A DNA stretch of 63,547 nt, filler included, from Hyphochytrium catenoides (Eukaryota > Protista > Hyphochytriomycota), in the NCBI GenBank assembly GCA_900088475.1. It is 9 parts of 9 records of this genome, joined end to end, with 100 filler letters (N's around TTAATTAATTAA, not from the genome) between each part and the next. Parts side by side here need not be neighbours in the genome. Positions count along the whole stretch, not along the records: positions 1 to 30,159 come from FLMG01001750.1; positions 30,260 to 35,240 come from FLMG01003509.1; positions 35,341 to 38,156 come from FLMG01000991.1; 6 more parts are not named here. The stretch is one strand, 5' to 3'. The position numbers were made by a program, and so were the translations under genes. The notes under the pieces were generated by a model, which saw only the letters and a program-made list of their open reading frames with translations, was not told the DNA's origin and made no database searches. Of the stretch, positions 22,608-35,587 are shown one piece after another; positions within the stretch are counted from its first letter, which is position 1, and every line of letters begins with the position of its first letter.

Positions 22608-25520
22608 ATGAAGCTCCCTCCATGCCAGATATGCCTCGAAAACCTTGACCGCGATCTTCAAGCATCTCCCTGCGGTCACCTCTTCCACAGTGGCTGCATT
22701 GGTGACTGGCTTCAGAGAGGCAAGAAGAACTGTCCCATATGCAAGCAGAGCTGCACCAAGGCCAAGCTCGTCAAACTCTTCTTTGAAGTTGAAGAAGAGG
22801 ATGATGGAAACGCGAGGAGCCCATACCTTGCCTCTTCCACCTCGCTTCCAGCCTCTCAATCGGCTGCAGGAGGCGAAGATATCGTCATCATAGACGATGA
22901 CGGTGGATGCCCAGTTGCACCAACGGTCTCTCCCTCTGAAGTTACTGCTTTACGAGATAAGATAGCAGATCTTACCGCCGGTATAAACACTTTGCAGGCT
23001 AGGTATTGATGGCAACTCACCACACATAGAAGGATTCCGGCCCTCTCTCCCTCATGCTTTCCTTCTGCTGTCCTCCTGTCAATCATGAAACGACTCAACT
23101 CTTATCATTCTGTCCATGATACCTTTCATCCTTCCGAGTCAACTGTCGCTTCTTGCGCTGGCTTGTGCTTATCTAGCTGATATGTTCTCTCTGTACCTAA
23201 ACATGGCCGTTGGATGTCGATAACACGAAGATCTTTATCCAGTAGTCGTGTCTGCTTTGTCTTGGCTAAATGACTTTGTCGGCCGCGAACCACAGAGGCT
23301 ATCTCGGTAACAGCGCACTCACCTTATCTTCCCGCCTTCAGTATCATTCAGCAAAATAGAGAGCACTCCACTGCTCGCCAGGCCTTCAATACGACCATCA
23401 GAGGGCTCCAAGAGCGCGTTCAGAAGCTAACTGAGGAACATCTAGAGGCCGAAGGTGCACTCCCGCTCCTACGCCTCCTATTGCTTTCACCCATGGCTGC
23501 TCCCTTCCGCATTCCCTTTCACACTCTTGCCATTCTCTTTGACATCTTGTGACACCATCGTTGCACAACGTCCATGTTTTACGGTTCCGCTTTCTAATGC
23601 CCACGCTCCTGCTAATTAAGTTAAAATAACGTGTCCTCTTCCATTACTCCTCTTCGTCGGGTCATTAAGAGCAAGCTCGGGCGGCAAATCTGTCCCAGTA
23701 TAAGCTAAGATTAGAGCTGAAAACCGCCACGGAGCGCGTAGAGTTGCTGGAGAAAGAAAAGAAGGATCTGCAGCAACAAATGCAGCAGGTCAGACCCACC
23801 AATAGTGCCTCCCCGCCACTGCATTTTGTGCACATTTATTGTTCGCTGTACCTCTCTAGCTGCTCACACTGTGTGTCCTCGTCCTTCTCTGTTACTGGTA
23901 CACCGCTATAGCGCTCCCAGGTCCATAAGTATATGGAAACGCAGGAACTAGAATCAGTGAAGTCACTGATAACAGGTTTGCTAAGTGGCCCTCTCACTCT
24001 CTCTCACTCTTTTGTCTCTGTGTTTTGCCGTTGTTGCTCTCGTCGTTAGTGTCTTGTCCTCCGCCTTGTACGTCCGATTCCCTCGAGGTCTCGTGTCTTC
24101 GTCCGTACTTGCTCTTTTCTTCTTCTCTACAACTCAAACATTGGACGTTTGGAGCCTTGCTAACATCTGGCCTTTCCCTAGAGAACCCTCAGGAGCTCAT
24201 CCAGGCACAGCAGCTGATTATCAAGCACGATCGGATGCAGGCGGAGAAGCTAAGAAGCGAAAAGGCAGCGTTGAGAGCAAAGCTCGCAGCTGCTGAGCAG
24301 AGAATAGAGCGCTTACAGACTACTCTCTCTCCATCATTGTCTTCGACCGCCCCGCCGTCAGTCATCTTTACTTCTAACAAGCGACGTGACCTTCCACAAG
24401 GCTCCGGAACGAAGGTCGGGAGCTGTGTTGCTTCAAAACGGCCCCGACCAGCCCCGACATCGGCAGGTAGGGCAGCACGTGACTTCGAACCTCCTATTTC
24501 TATGATGATGCTTGTGATGTGTCCTTTCTCTTTGGTCTTGCTGTGAGTCTTCTGACGGTCCGACATGGCTTCTGGTCATCTCACAATGTGCTATCCTTTA
24601 TATAAACGGGGGTGTGGACTGGGTAGTCGTCCTTCATCCGCTGAACGGAATTGCGCCTGCCCCGCCATCCGGGGTTTATTCGCGTTCTAATGTGTGATCT
24701 CTGACAGGACGGACTGCCAATGATTCGTCCGAGGACCAAGTCACTGTGACAGCCGAGGATGTGGAGATTGAGATGCTACTTGGTCTCGGAAATGAGGAAG
24801 AATCCCTGGACCGCACTCCTGCAGTCATTAAGCAGAGCAAGTTCGCGGAGAGACTAAAGAAAAGTGCTCCTTCTCCTTCCCCACGTCTTCCCTTCGCTGC
24901 TCTTCCTACTCGAACCCCGGCAGCTGCCACGCCTCCACTTTCCACGGGTTCTAAAGCTCCCAATAGAGGCAGTGCGAGCTACAGGTATTGTCCTCTTTTC
25001 ATCATCTTTTTTGTTTGGGCGCCTTATGTTGTCTGGCCCTATTTTGTCTGGCTCTATTGACAATGGAAGAGAGCAGCCACTGTGCTTAACTGATTCCGTT
25101 CGATATTAAGTAGAAGAACCTTCATCTTAGTTAGCCCGTCATATTCGCTCTTTCCTCTTTCTCTCCCTGTGACTAGACCTGCATTTGGAGCTATGAAGTT
25201 TGGACAGTCCGCTGCTGTACCTGCTGCAGGCCTAAGGTCGTCCATCAAATCAAAGAACGTAGCTGCGTCAAGCATAAATACCAGGTATAGACCTCACGAG
25301 AAGGAACCTCTCTCTAAAGATAAGAGTGAGACAGAGAGAAAAAGAGAGACCAGAAGCTGGAGTGGAGTATAAACTCAGTTCTATTAATGTCTAGTGCTTC
25401 TGTGTACCTGGGGGGTAGCCTTTAGGTGACTATCAAGACCCACTGTATGACACACGTATTCCGCTTTGGGTCCTTCTTTACCTCAGACTAGTAAACCAGA
25501 GACTGTGGCCGATCTCTTAG
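22608..25520 (+). CDS. TRAIP-like RING-H2 E3 ubiquitin ligase with coiled coil
   Basis: CQICLENLDRDLQASPCGHLFHSGCIGDWLQRGKKNCPICKQ..LVKLFFEV is an N-terminal RING-H2 followed by KLFF, as in TRAIP. Coiled-coil exons follow (~23341-23453, ~23670-23788, ~24184-24465) and then an S/P-rich tail. The last exon and stop are uncertain (25520 or 25543). Confidence 0.75.
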
Positions 25521-26015
25521 AGGCAAGAAGCAACAGGCAGTGATTCAGGTCAAGGCGGCTCAAGGATCTCAGCGGAGGAACCCGTCTCTGCTCTGGCTGT
25601 CAAGCTCAAGCTCTAATTAACCCCAGCTATCAGCCGAGTCGTTAAGACGTTGGACTTTCTCTCATTCAACTTGGAATAGCACCATAAGTAGGCCCGGACC
25701 TTGATGATCGCACTGCATCCGGTGATAAAGCAAGCGTGGGGGCCTTCACGCCAATCTGTAACTTTATATTCGTCCCCCATCTTTCTGTCAAGAGCTAGGT
25801 ACGCTGCTATGCATGTCGGACGCCGGTAAAGCTACACTCTCAACAAAAGCAGCAAGTAGTGTGAAGGGTAGTCTTCTTTAGCCCTAATCGGGAACTAAGA
25901 GCGCCAAACTGACGTACAACTCAAGCTGCCTCTAAAAGAGACGTCAGAAGCTCGGCGTTATCTCTCCTCCTTTGGAAATGCAGCAATCCCTGTCTGTTCG
26001 CTGTTGCTTTTATTC

Positions 26016-28123
26016 TCACTTTCCTTTGACTCTCCTCCTTCTCGAAGAGCTTGTTCCAGACTTTTCGGCCCGCTTGGCCACCTGACCAGCACTCCCCTTG
26101 CGCCTCAAGTATAGAGGATAGAAGAACTCCCTAATATTCTCTCGCATCCCTGAGTCATACAAATTAGTAGGCGGAGGTGGAAGCACAGCATCTCCATCTT
26201 CTGTTAGCCGCCGCCGTACATAGGCCTTGTATTGATCCGAGAAGCTGCTCAGCCTAGATCAATGCAATGAGTTAGCCAAGGCGGGCATGGTCGCTGTGTT
26301 GGTCTGCAATTCGCCATCCCTCTTTTCTCAGCCTCTCACTCCCATACATCACTCTTCACTGGAATAGCTAGCCTTCTCTAGACATTGGACAAGGAAACAG
26401 AATGAGGCGAAAGCGGGTAGTCACTCACTTGAAAAGCTCGTTGGTTGTGCTGTTCTTAGCGATCAAATACACGTGGAAAAGCATAAAGCCGCCAACCACG
26501 ATTCCTGTTTGGGAAAGTGAAGAGAGAAACCGGGTCAGTCTTGGTCCTCTAGAAGGCTGAGGATAGAGGAAAGCACGAGCGATACGAAAGCATGGAGCTG
26601 GAAAGCCTTAAGTGGCTTCATACCTATGATCACGCAGACCATCAGCAACCCAAAGATAATATTATGCCTATAGGGCAGAGAAAGTAAGGTCACGGAGCCA
26701 GGTGAAGAGGAGTCCGTTAGCAGATTTTACATTGAGAGGACAGAGGAAAGGAGACCCAAGGACGGAGAACATACAGAGATTGGGCAATAGTGGTGGCACA
26801 AGAAGGTCAGGTAGGCGAAAGGCAGTATAGAACCTAGACTGTTAGTACATCCCTAGAAGAGTTTGAAGCGTGGAACTAGATCGGGTGACGGAGATGTAAT
26901 GAGTACAAGCGAGCTACGGGTCTGAAGCTATGCCCATACTTGAACATGAGATACTGCAGAATTACATAGTACGAAGCAGGGATCGGCTCTCTGGAGTCTC
27001 CAGAGTAGAAAGTGGCGCCGAAGAGATTGTTCCTTACCACCTACAGAGCAGTGGAGGTTTAGCATTAAAAATCTAATAGTCAGGACTGCTATGACGAGTA
27101 AAAGGTGGTGTTGAGCTACAACGGAGACAAAGAGGCTGCAGCACAGCAGACATAAAGACCATGGGCCTACCTCATCCCAGAGGATAAGCGAGAGAAGGGT
27201 GGCGCCGTAGCAGAGCATGGCTAAGTGGACCTACATTAAAAGAGCACAACGGGTAAGGGGGAGATATGTCTCTAGCTTCACACTCCCCTCTCCGGTCCCT
27301 TCTACGTCTGTCACTCTATGCTTCCAGCGATGGCCGCCAGTAGGTCGTCGTAAAGCTGTCTTCTATGATCCCCGACTTTGCTATGCATTATCTCTACTTT
27401 CCTTCCCACTGCTCCTTATGTGCGCGGGCTCGCCTAGCTTTAGCCAACCAATCGCCATTTCGGGACCCATCATAAGAATCACTCCTGGCCTCAATCCTGT
27501 CTTCTGCCCCTGGATGTCTCTCCCTTCGCTGTACGTTCACCTTACCGCAAGAAAAAGCATGAAGTACATATAGTTGCCCTCTCCCACGCACTGATTTAGC
27601 CAGATGCAATGGTGATCAAAGCGCGCCACACACACATCGCAGACGCTGCAGTGCTTCGAACGAGGTATTCTTCACGATGAACGCCGCGTACCCATGGAAC
27701 AGCCAAAGGAAAGAAATAACAGGGACGTTAGTGATTGCCAGGTTCGGAAGTCCACCCCGGTGATGTGCAAGACATTGGTAAGAACTTTTCCTATCCTGTC
27801 CCCTCACTTCTGCTCATTCGAATCCCTTCAGGCCGTGGCGTCCACAAGCACGCCATGACCTTCCAAAGCTTTTCAACTCTCGCTTGCAGGACACTATCGC
27901 ATTTCTGTTCGCCTACTTCTTGCTTGTCGTACTTGCTGAACTTGCAAGTGCTGCAGTCTTTCTTTGAGTACATGAGATCGTCATATTGATAATTGTGGAA
28001 CCGACCAAGCGTCTCTGTGGGGCAAGGTGACGAGTCACTCACAGTGGGCACAAGCGGTCGAGGCATAGGAAAAGTCCAGCCGCAGCAGAGAAAGAGAGAA
28101 AAAGAGAGGAAGAGAGAGCAAAG

Positions 28124-28172
<49 letters not shown>

Positions 28173-28618
28173 AGAGGAAAAGAAAGATAGGGCCAAAGGA
28201 GAACAGACCGACGAGGATGTAGAGCTTACGTCTAGTGAGGATGCCTGGGTCTCTGGTACAGACAAGGACAAAGAGTATGAGACAGAAAACGACGCTAGCC
28301 AACGCCAACCACCTGCACATTAAGAGAAGGGGGTCAGAGACATTCACCAGGTGCGACATGCAAACAGCGCTTAAGAGACACTGACAAAGCTAACCAGAAG
28401 GAGACAGACACGCTTGGGTCAAGGAATTGAAGCAATGGCCGAGAAATAGGATGCAAACCCTTCTAAGCAGGAAATTCATATATCAGGAGGATAAGCACTG
28501 CGGCGGGAGACTGTTAGGGACAAGGAATAGAGCGAGTTGCACCGCAAAGGTTGAATGAGAGGTAAGAAGGAAAGAGCGAGCGACACAGAGAGAGAGAGAG
28601 AGAGAGAAAAAGAGAGAG

Positions 28619-28660
<42 letters not shown>

Positions 28661-28930
28661 AACCATGATCCTACTTGTGATAGGTAGCTAGGAAGGCGTT
28701 TGGGATGACTGGATGCGCATTCTGAACAAATAATGCGTATCCACCTACCATCAGAGCTAGGTAGAAGATCTGTAGGAGGGTCAAAAGGTGGTTAGCCAAT
28801 CGAGAGAGAAACAGAGCAGCAAGAGAGGAGAGGGGAGTGAAAACTAGAAAGAGGAGAGAGAGAAAGAGAGATACAGGGACGCGCAGAGAGAGAGAGATGG
28901 AACAGGGGGGAGGAAGCAAAAGCGAGGGAA

Positions 28931-28980
<50 letters not shown>

Positions 28981-28993
28981 NNNNNNNNNNNAG

Positions 28994-29034
<41 letters not shown>

Positions 29035-29553
29035 CCCGCAACGGTGGCGCGTTACCTGAACGACAGGATTGGGCTCCTCACAGAGGATTCGTTGCAGGGA
29101 CATCAAGGAATCTAACGCACGCTGGCCAAACAATTTCTTTACTGCTCCTCTAACAGACAAAGAGAACGCAAAGGCAATAGAAGTGACCTTTCTAGAGCTG
29201 ATATGGCGCGGCTTTCTCGAAGAGAAGACGGAGGATAGATAAGAGAACGCAGAATTGGCAGCTGGCCAAGTTCGCGACAATGCAGAGAAAGAGACTAACT
29301 CGATGACGCTTCAGAGCTGCACGTGGGAAGGGCAGACTTACCTTAGGTATGCTGGTAAGCTTCTCAATAAGAGTCGGTTGAGGATGCCCAGGAGGCCATT
29401 GCTACGACAGACGGTGTGAGGGTCCTCGTAAAGTATCGTACGCCCTTTAGCTTCACCATTGAGACGTTACCTTCGCGGGTCTCCGACGAAGGCGATAAGA
29501 CCTAAGCAGAGCACGAGACCAAGATAAAGAAGAACAATAGCGAAGAAGTCCAT
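26016..29553 (-). CDS. DHHC palmitoyl acyltransferase, Swf1/ZDHHC4-like
   Basis: Start [27 protein letters not shown]; EEPNPVVQ|[11 protein letters not shown]; [10 protein letters not shown]; [20 protein letters not shown]|[33 protein letters not shown] (~27570-27670); [17 protein letters not shown]; [25 protein letters not shown]. An 11-N gap (28981-28991) lies in an intron. Confidence 0.93.
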
Positions 29554-30159
29554 GGCGCTCTGAGCACGTTGAGGCTCAACAACCGCTTGTCAGGTTGCCT
29601 TCAAACGTGGCACTCAGCTCCTCACCCGATGATCTACTAACAACACTCATTCAGAGGAGACATCGGGTATGACCTCCACGAACAGAATTTCCACACTGTT
29701 GACGCTTTGGAGTTCCACTCTCCTCGGCTCTGCTTAAGTGGCTGGCTGAACAAAGGCTCGTTTCCTATCAAGGCAAAGACTCTGTATAAGCCTCCGTCCA
29801 CTCGAGCGTTGACTCGCTGACGTTGAAGCTTCGAACGAAGAGTCAGAAACTGAAGAATCAGACAGCTCCAAGACTTCAGATTGCCGATAAATAGCCGCTA
29901 ACGCTAGAAGCATCAGCTCTGCAGCTATTGCATTGTTGGCGATTTTTACAGATTTCTGAAGCTTTTGTCAATGAGAAACTTCAGAGGTATTTGTCATCTA
30001 TGTTGGAGCGGTGGAGCTTGTGATGATAGCACACTCTGCCCGTCTCTTCATTCATGAGGAGCTCATCGTGTGACAGCCAGATGATATAGGCTTAATAGTG
30101 AAGACACTATATACTCTAGCCGCGGAAAAGGTGCTTCGAATGCCAACACGTCTTCTTGC

Positions 30160-30259
30160 NNNNNNNNNNNNNNNNNNNNNNNNNNNNNNNNNNNNNNNNN
30201 NNNTTAATTAATTAANNNNNNNNNNNNNNNNNNNNNNNNNNNNNNNNNNNNNNNNNNNN
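30160..30259. other. Artificial contig spacer N44-TTAATTAATTAA-N44 (also at 35241-35340, 38157-38256, 40172-40271, 41739-41838, 44466-44565, 52993-53092, 62254-62353)
   Basis: Eight identical 100-nt spacers whose core gives stop codons in all six frames; an assembly concatenation artefact. Confidence 0.98.
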
Positions 30260-31246
30260 ACCTTAGCGCTTGCCGACAAACACCTCCAGTCCGTCATCCT
30301 CAAGCATTGTTGGGTTGCCTCTTATGGAAAGGTGAAGAGTTCTATGGTGGGACTATGAACCAATCCAAAGAATCTAGCAGAACAAAAGAGAGCATGTTGC
30401 CGTCCTTGAATAGCACATTGTTGGAAACCTCGCTCTCAAAGTTCAGAAGTCTGTCGTCACCGTGCAATGCGCAGCACCGTTCAAATTCTCGAATCGACAT
30501 CTAAGGCCAGATACTCCCACGGCCTTGAGGATAATATGCACTCTAGTATCCAGAGTGCGCAGACGCCATAGCTCCGGATCCCATCCTGCCCCGTGGGCCC
30601 TACACTAGAGCTGGTGGCCAGAGTTCGGATGAAGATAAGCTTGACCAATGAACTTTGATTTCCTGCTGAGAACTTTGACATCCTGCTGAGCTCTGTGGCG
30701 CGGATCTTCCAGGGACAGAAAGCAGCAGCAAGCTGTGTAAGAGATTCCATGGGACGATAAATTCCACGATAAGGCTCATTGAGTATTTCTCTATAACAAA
30801 TAAGGACATTCCTATTAAGAATACCTATGGTGAAGCTACATTAGAGAGAAATGACAGCTCGAACTCAAAGAATTGACATCGATCGAGCATCGTCCCGCCA
30901 AGAGACATCAAGGGTCTCAGCCGATCATATTCAGCGGCAGCAGCACAAGGAATAGCGCTTCGGATGTTGGCGGCAACAGAGCAGGTTCTGCTGGCTATGG
31001 CCCCACAGTGACCATATGACTGTTACAACGGCGTCCCGGAGAGACGAGAGTATCGCACCTGTTATCGCCAAGCGGTAAAAGGGAGTTTGCAGCCCCTTCA
31101 GGTAAGCTGCCCCCCTGGTGCCAATCGGTCTCATTAACAGACCTCGGGGCCAAGCCTTTCGGCATGCTCTAAAGGAACTCGCACCTGTTAATCTAAGCTC
31201 TTGTTGCTCTTAACAGGGATCAAGTGGACTCTTCTTCGCCGGAAAG

Positions 31247-34200
31247 ATGACGTCAGATATTGATTATGTGGCCATTAAGGAAGGCGTGGCATCGGAGAAG
31301 GTCATACCAGAGGAGCTGGACTTCAGTGAGGTGGATGGCGATCTAGAGCTCTTCCAGCAAGATGAAATTGTGAAGGAGGCGTTGAATAAGGTCTACTCTA
31401 TCACTTTCCCACTATGTTGTCGCTCTCTTCAATCACACCTCTAAGCAGCCTAAAGCCTGTTCCTTGGCTCAACACGCTTCTAAAATACTTGCCGCCTCAG
31501 GAAGTCTTCTGCCCTCGCTCCTTGTCTCATCCCATCCACTAAGATGTGCGGGCTCTCTCGCAGCCTTAGGATCTTATCTGTATCTACACCTAACCGGCGT
31601 CCGAACATTTAGAACATTGATCTGCGCAAGTATGCGCGAGAGATCGACAATGAACTGCGAGAGGTTGAAATGGAGGCGGTTAAGGAGTACGTTACGGAGA
31701 GTGATAACTTTGTGAAGCTCTACAAGGAGATCCAGACTTGCGATGCCATCCTTGCGCGTATGCAGGAAATGCTACTGGGCTTTCAAGCAGAGCTGGGAGG
31801 TCAGACGCTAATAGTAACCTCTGCAGTCCACATTTATCCATCTCTCTTCTCGCGCCTCTTCCTGCTATCTCTCCTCCTTTTCATTATGGCACATGGCCCG
31901 CACTGCTCCACAGGGGTTGCTTGCTTACTATGGCCAAAAGACCTGCTGGAAGTTCTGGCCCTCTAACTGTCTAAGTCCTCGATTGTTAATCTTATTCCTC
32001 CGGCGATCTATCTGTCTGTTATTGCTGTTCATGACCACGATGTATTTTTGATCGCAGGAATCAGCGATGAGATCAGGTACCTTCAGGAACAATCTTCGGG
32101 CATGAACGTCAGGCTCCGTAATAGGAAGGCTGTAGAAGAGAAGCTACGTGTCTTTATTAGTTCCATCATGGTACCTGAGGCCACAATCGCCATTATCTGT
32201 AATGGTGACATCAACGAGGAGTATTTGGAGGCCTTAAAACTCCTCAACACACGCCTCCAGTACATCTCTAGGTCAAAGCCTCCTCCAGACGGCTCTTCCG
32301 TAGGGCTCATCCCATCAGAAACAGCTTCGGTAAGAGAGGTGCAGACTGAAATGGACAAGCTAAGAAGCAAAGCCGTGGGTCGAATCCGGGACTGGGTGAT
32401 GGGTAAAATGTATGAGCTGATGAACCCCAAGACCAACGTGCAAATCCTGCAGCAGAACGTACTGATTAAGTTTGGTTACTTTATGGAGTTCCTCGCGGAA
32501 AATGCTCCCAGCGTGTCGCAAGAGATCATGAATATCTACGTTGATACCATGAGCAAGACGCTGCTTAACCTCTTCCGCCAGTATAACATCAACATGATGA
32601 AGCTTCATCTGGAAGTAGGCACGAAGAATGATGTGATAGCAGTTGAACAGGACAGGATTAAGAAGATATTCTCGTCCAAGGTGGATCTAAGCAAACGAGC
32701 GGACGCTTTCTCGTTAGGCACACGGGACCAAGTTCTAGGCAAGCATACGATAGATGCTCCGCCCATCATGTTTCACGTCGCTATGGCGGAGAACAAGAAG
32801 CTAACCTACGAAGTGATCTTCAGAAGCATTCAGGTGAGGGACCGCTAATTATGGGACTGAAGTGGCCATAGATAACCGCTTCGATAGTGTTTCAGTGAGA
32901 CCATTGGAGGCAGGGCAGGGCCAAAGGGTGTCTGGGCAGCGAATAGCACGATACTACCCGTTCTTTTTTCAAGCTTGGCTATGTCCTTCAGCCCTTGCAA
33001 GTTCAAGTCGCCCGTTTAACACTTCACCTTTTGAAGTAGGATCCCAGCCGCTTGCTTCTTCTGTCCTCGAATGTTTCCAATTGCCCTTCAATGAAGTCGC
33101 AAGCTCATGCAAAAAGGAACTAGAAAATTCTCACGAGAGTAAACCTCTTCTTGTCCTGTCAGGTCCATCTGATGAACGCTGCTACGTCAGAATATCTGTT
33201 TACCCTGGAATTTTTCAGAGTGAAGAGCCGGGACATGTTTACAGCTATCTTTGCCAAGACCATCTCCCTTTGCCTAGAGAACCTCGAGAACTTCCTCTTT
33301 AACTGCTATGACGCCATTGGCCTGCTGCTTTGTATAAGGATCACTCATGCGCACCGGTTGCTGATGCAGCAGAGACGAGTCCCTGTAAGTGTACGGAGCT
33401 GATTCTCCTGCCCAACACATGGGTGCCTTGTGCTCCGTTTGCCTCTGATCCTCTATCCAAACGGACTGTGCGTCGCGTAACTAAGCTCTTAAGAGTCGTT
33501 ACCGGAGCTTAATGCGACAATTCGTTCTTCGACATCCCATTCACATCTAACATGGCCTGAACAGGTTCTGGATACGTACTTCGATCGGGTTAGCATGCTG
33601 CTCTGGCCCCGGTTTAAAATGATATTTGACACCAATCTGGTCAGCGTCAAACTGGCAAAACCTAAGACCTTAGGTGCAATTGAAAGCCACCCACACTATG
33701 TCAGCAGGTGCGTTTTGACATCCGACATTGCAGAAGGATTGGGGACGTAAACCTCTTGTCTTCGTACTCCAACGGACCTCATTGCCCAACCTTTCCTTTT
33801 ATCAGGCGTTACGCAGAGTTTGTCTCCTCCATACTCTCGCTTCTTTCTCATGACTCGAGCCCCGACGGCTCCCAGAGCATTGGGATGGGAGATGATATGC
33901 TTCTGAACAATCTGGCGCAGTTACGACAGGAGATTGTCAGACTAATTATTAGACTGGCAGCCGAACACCATCAACCTAAAGCCCAGATTGTGTTCTTGAT
34001 CAACAACTATGATCAGGTAGGCGGAAGGCAACTGGGCCGACATCACGCTTGATGAGAGGTTGACAAACAACGGCCAGTATATGCGTGGGTTTGGCGGTTA
34101 GGCACTTCTTATGCCCGCTCTTCCCTTAATTCAGTGTCTAAATCTAACCTCTTTTTTTTGGGCAGATTCTATCTATTCTCCAGGAACATCGAATCAGTTC

Positions 34201-34709
34201 AGATGAAACGACAAAGTTCGAAGAGATGCTAAACGAACAGCGGGAGGTCTATGTAGAAGAGGAACTTAGGGGAACCTTCGGGAAGCTGCTAGAATTTGTT
34301 ACACGCTGTGAGACCAAGTTCAGCGCGGGTGCGCAACCTACGGTACGTCCATACGCCCAGTTCGACGCCTCCACAACGACATTTTGCTTTGTTTGTCGCG
34401 TAAGGGAGTCATTTGCTAAGGTTATCATGGTAGGTGGACGAAAAAGAAGTTGAAGCCTTGGTCAAGGACTTTGCCTCCCGCTGGAAGAAGGGAATTGAGC
34501 AGATCAACTCCTCTGTTCTCTCTTACTTCTCAAACTTCAGGAACGGAATGGAGGTGCTCAAGCAAGTCCTCACGCAGCTTCTCTTATACTATACACGTTT
34601 CCAAGAAATCATCAGAAAGGCCTTTGCGAAGCCCCCAGCCTTTTCTAAGGAGATTGTTTCAACATCCGCCATCCTCCTAGAGATCAAGAAATACTCACGA
34701 TCATTCTAG
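31247..34709 (+). CDS. VPS52: Vacuolar protein sorting 52 (GARP/EARP subunit), 8 exons
   Basis: EIVKEALNK|NIDLRKYAREIDNELREVE..KLYKEIQTCDAILARMQEMLLGFQAELG|GISDEIRYLQEQSSGMNVRLRNRK; PKTNVQILQQNVLIK; LMNAATSEYLF..FF; CYDAIGLLLCI; LDTYFDRVSMLLWPRFK; HPHYVSR|RYAEF; VFLINNYDQ; FSNFRNGMEVLKQVLTQLLLYYTRF..EIKKYSRSF*. Confidence 0.96.
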
Positions 34710-35340
34710 ATTTCCTATACTGTTAACTGGAGGAGAACAAACGACAGCCAGAAAGGTAGTGAGAGATAGAACGCTCCTGCTCTCTGCGCAGTCCGCAGAT
34801 CCCCGGAGCAGAGCTCAGCCGATAACTCCGGCCAAAGGAAGGCCACCACACCCACTTCTCTGCACATATTGCTTGTACAAATGGGACATTGCTGAGGCAG
34901 CGTGTGACCTATCGAAGAAGGGAAAAGGACGATAGGGTTGCACAAGTCGTACCAGAAGATATTGTGGGCACCCCATTGCGCTGGCAGTTTTGTGACGTAA
35001 GGAACTGCTCTAGCTAACCTGATAGGTATTCTGTAAGACTAGGCAGGATGGCTATGCTTTAAAGTTTCTGCACACATATGGAGACACTAAGCTTGCCTTT
35101 GATGGGGTGATACTTAATTATGATGCTGGCCCACTTACGGCTTGGCTTTCTTTCTCCCTAAGTGTTGAAGCTGCATTTTCCTGGTCTTTGCACTGTCCCT
35201 CTTCTTCTCTACTGAGTGCGTCAATGGCTCCTCCTTTTCCNNNNNNNNNNNNNNNNNNNNNNNNNNNNNNNNNNNNNNNNNNNNTTAATTAATTAANNNN
35301 NNNNNNNNNNNNNNNNNNNNNNNNNNNNNNNNNNNNNNNN

Positions 35341-35372
<32 letters not shown>

Positions 35373-35587
35373 GGGTAAGAGGGACAAATTATTCAGATGA
35401 AGACGCTACTTAGAGTCTATAAAAACCATTAAGGAGAACAAGAGAAGAGAGAGAGAGAGAGAAAGAATAAGTGTGTAGGAGAGAGAAAGATAGAGAGAAA
35501 GAAAGATAAGAGAGAGGAGGGAGCTGGTAGAGCTACGGATAGATAAGGCGGAGAATGGGAAGAGCTGGGAAGAGCTGGACGCTTACC

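Noticed and set aside
30204-30215. Recurrent TTAATTAATTAA palindrome as a biological motif
   Set aside because: Always centred in identical N-padding; it is a synthetic six-frame-stop linker.
27810-33020. tRNA T-loop-like strings (TTCGAATCC at ~27817, GTTCAAGTC at 33001)
   Set aside because: No flanking T-stem or cloverleaf; both lie in introns.
1357-34709. Functional cluster of membrane-trafficking genes (PLD, DNAJB12, DHHC, Vps52)
   Set aside because: Ordinary housekeeping genes in mixed orientation, and Vps52 lies on a different contig.
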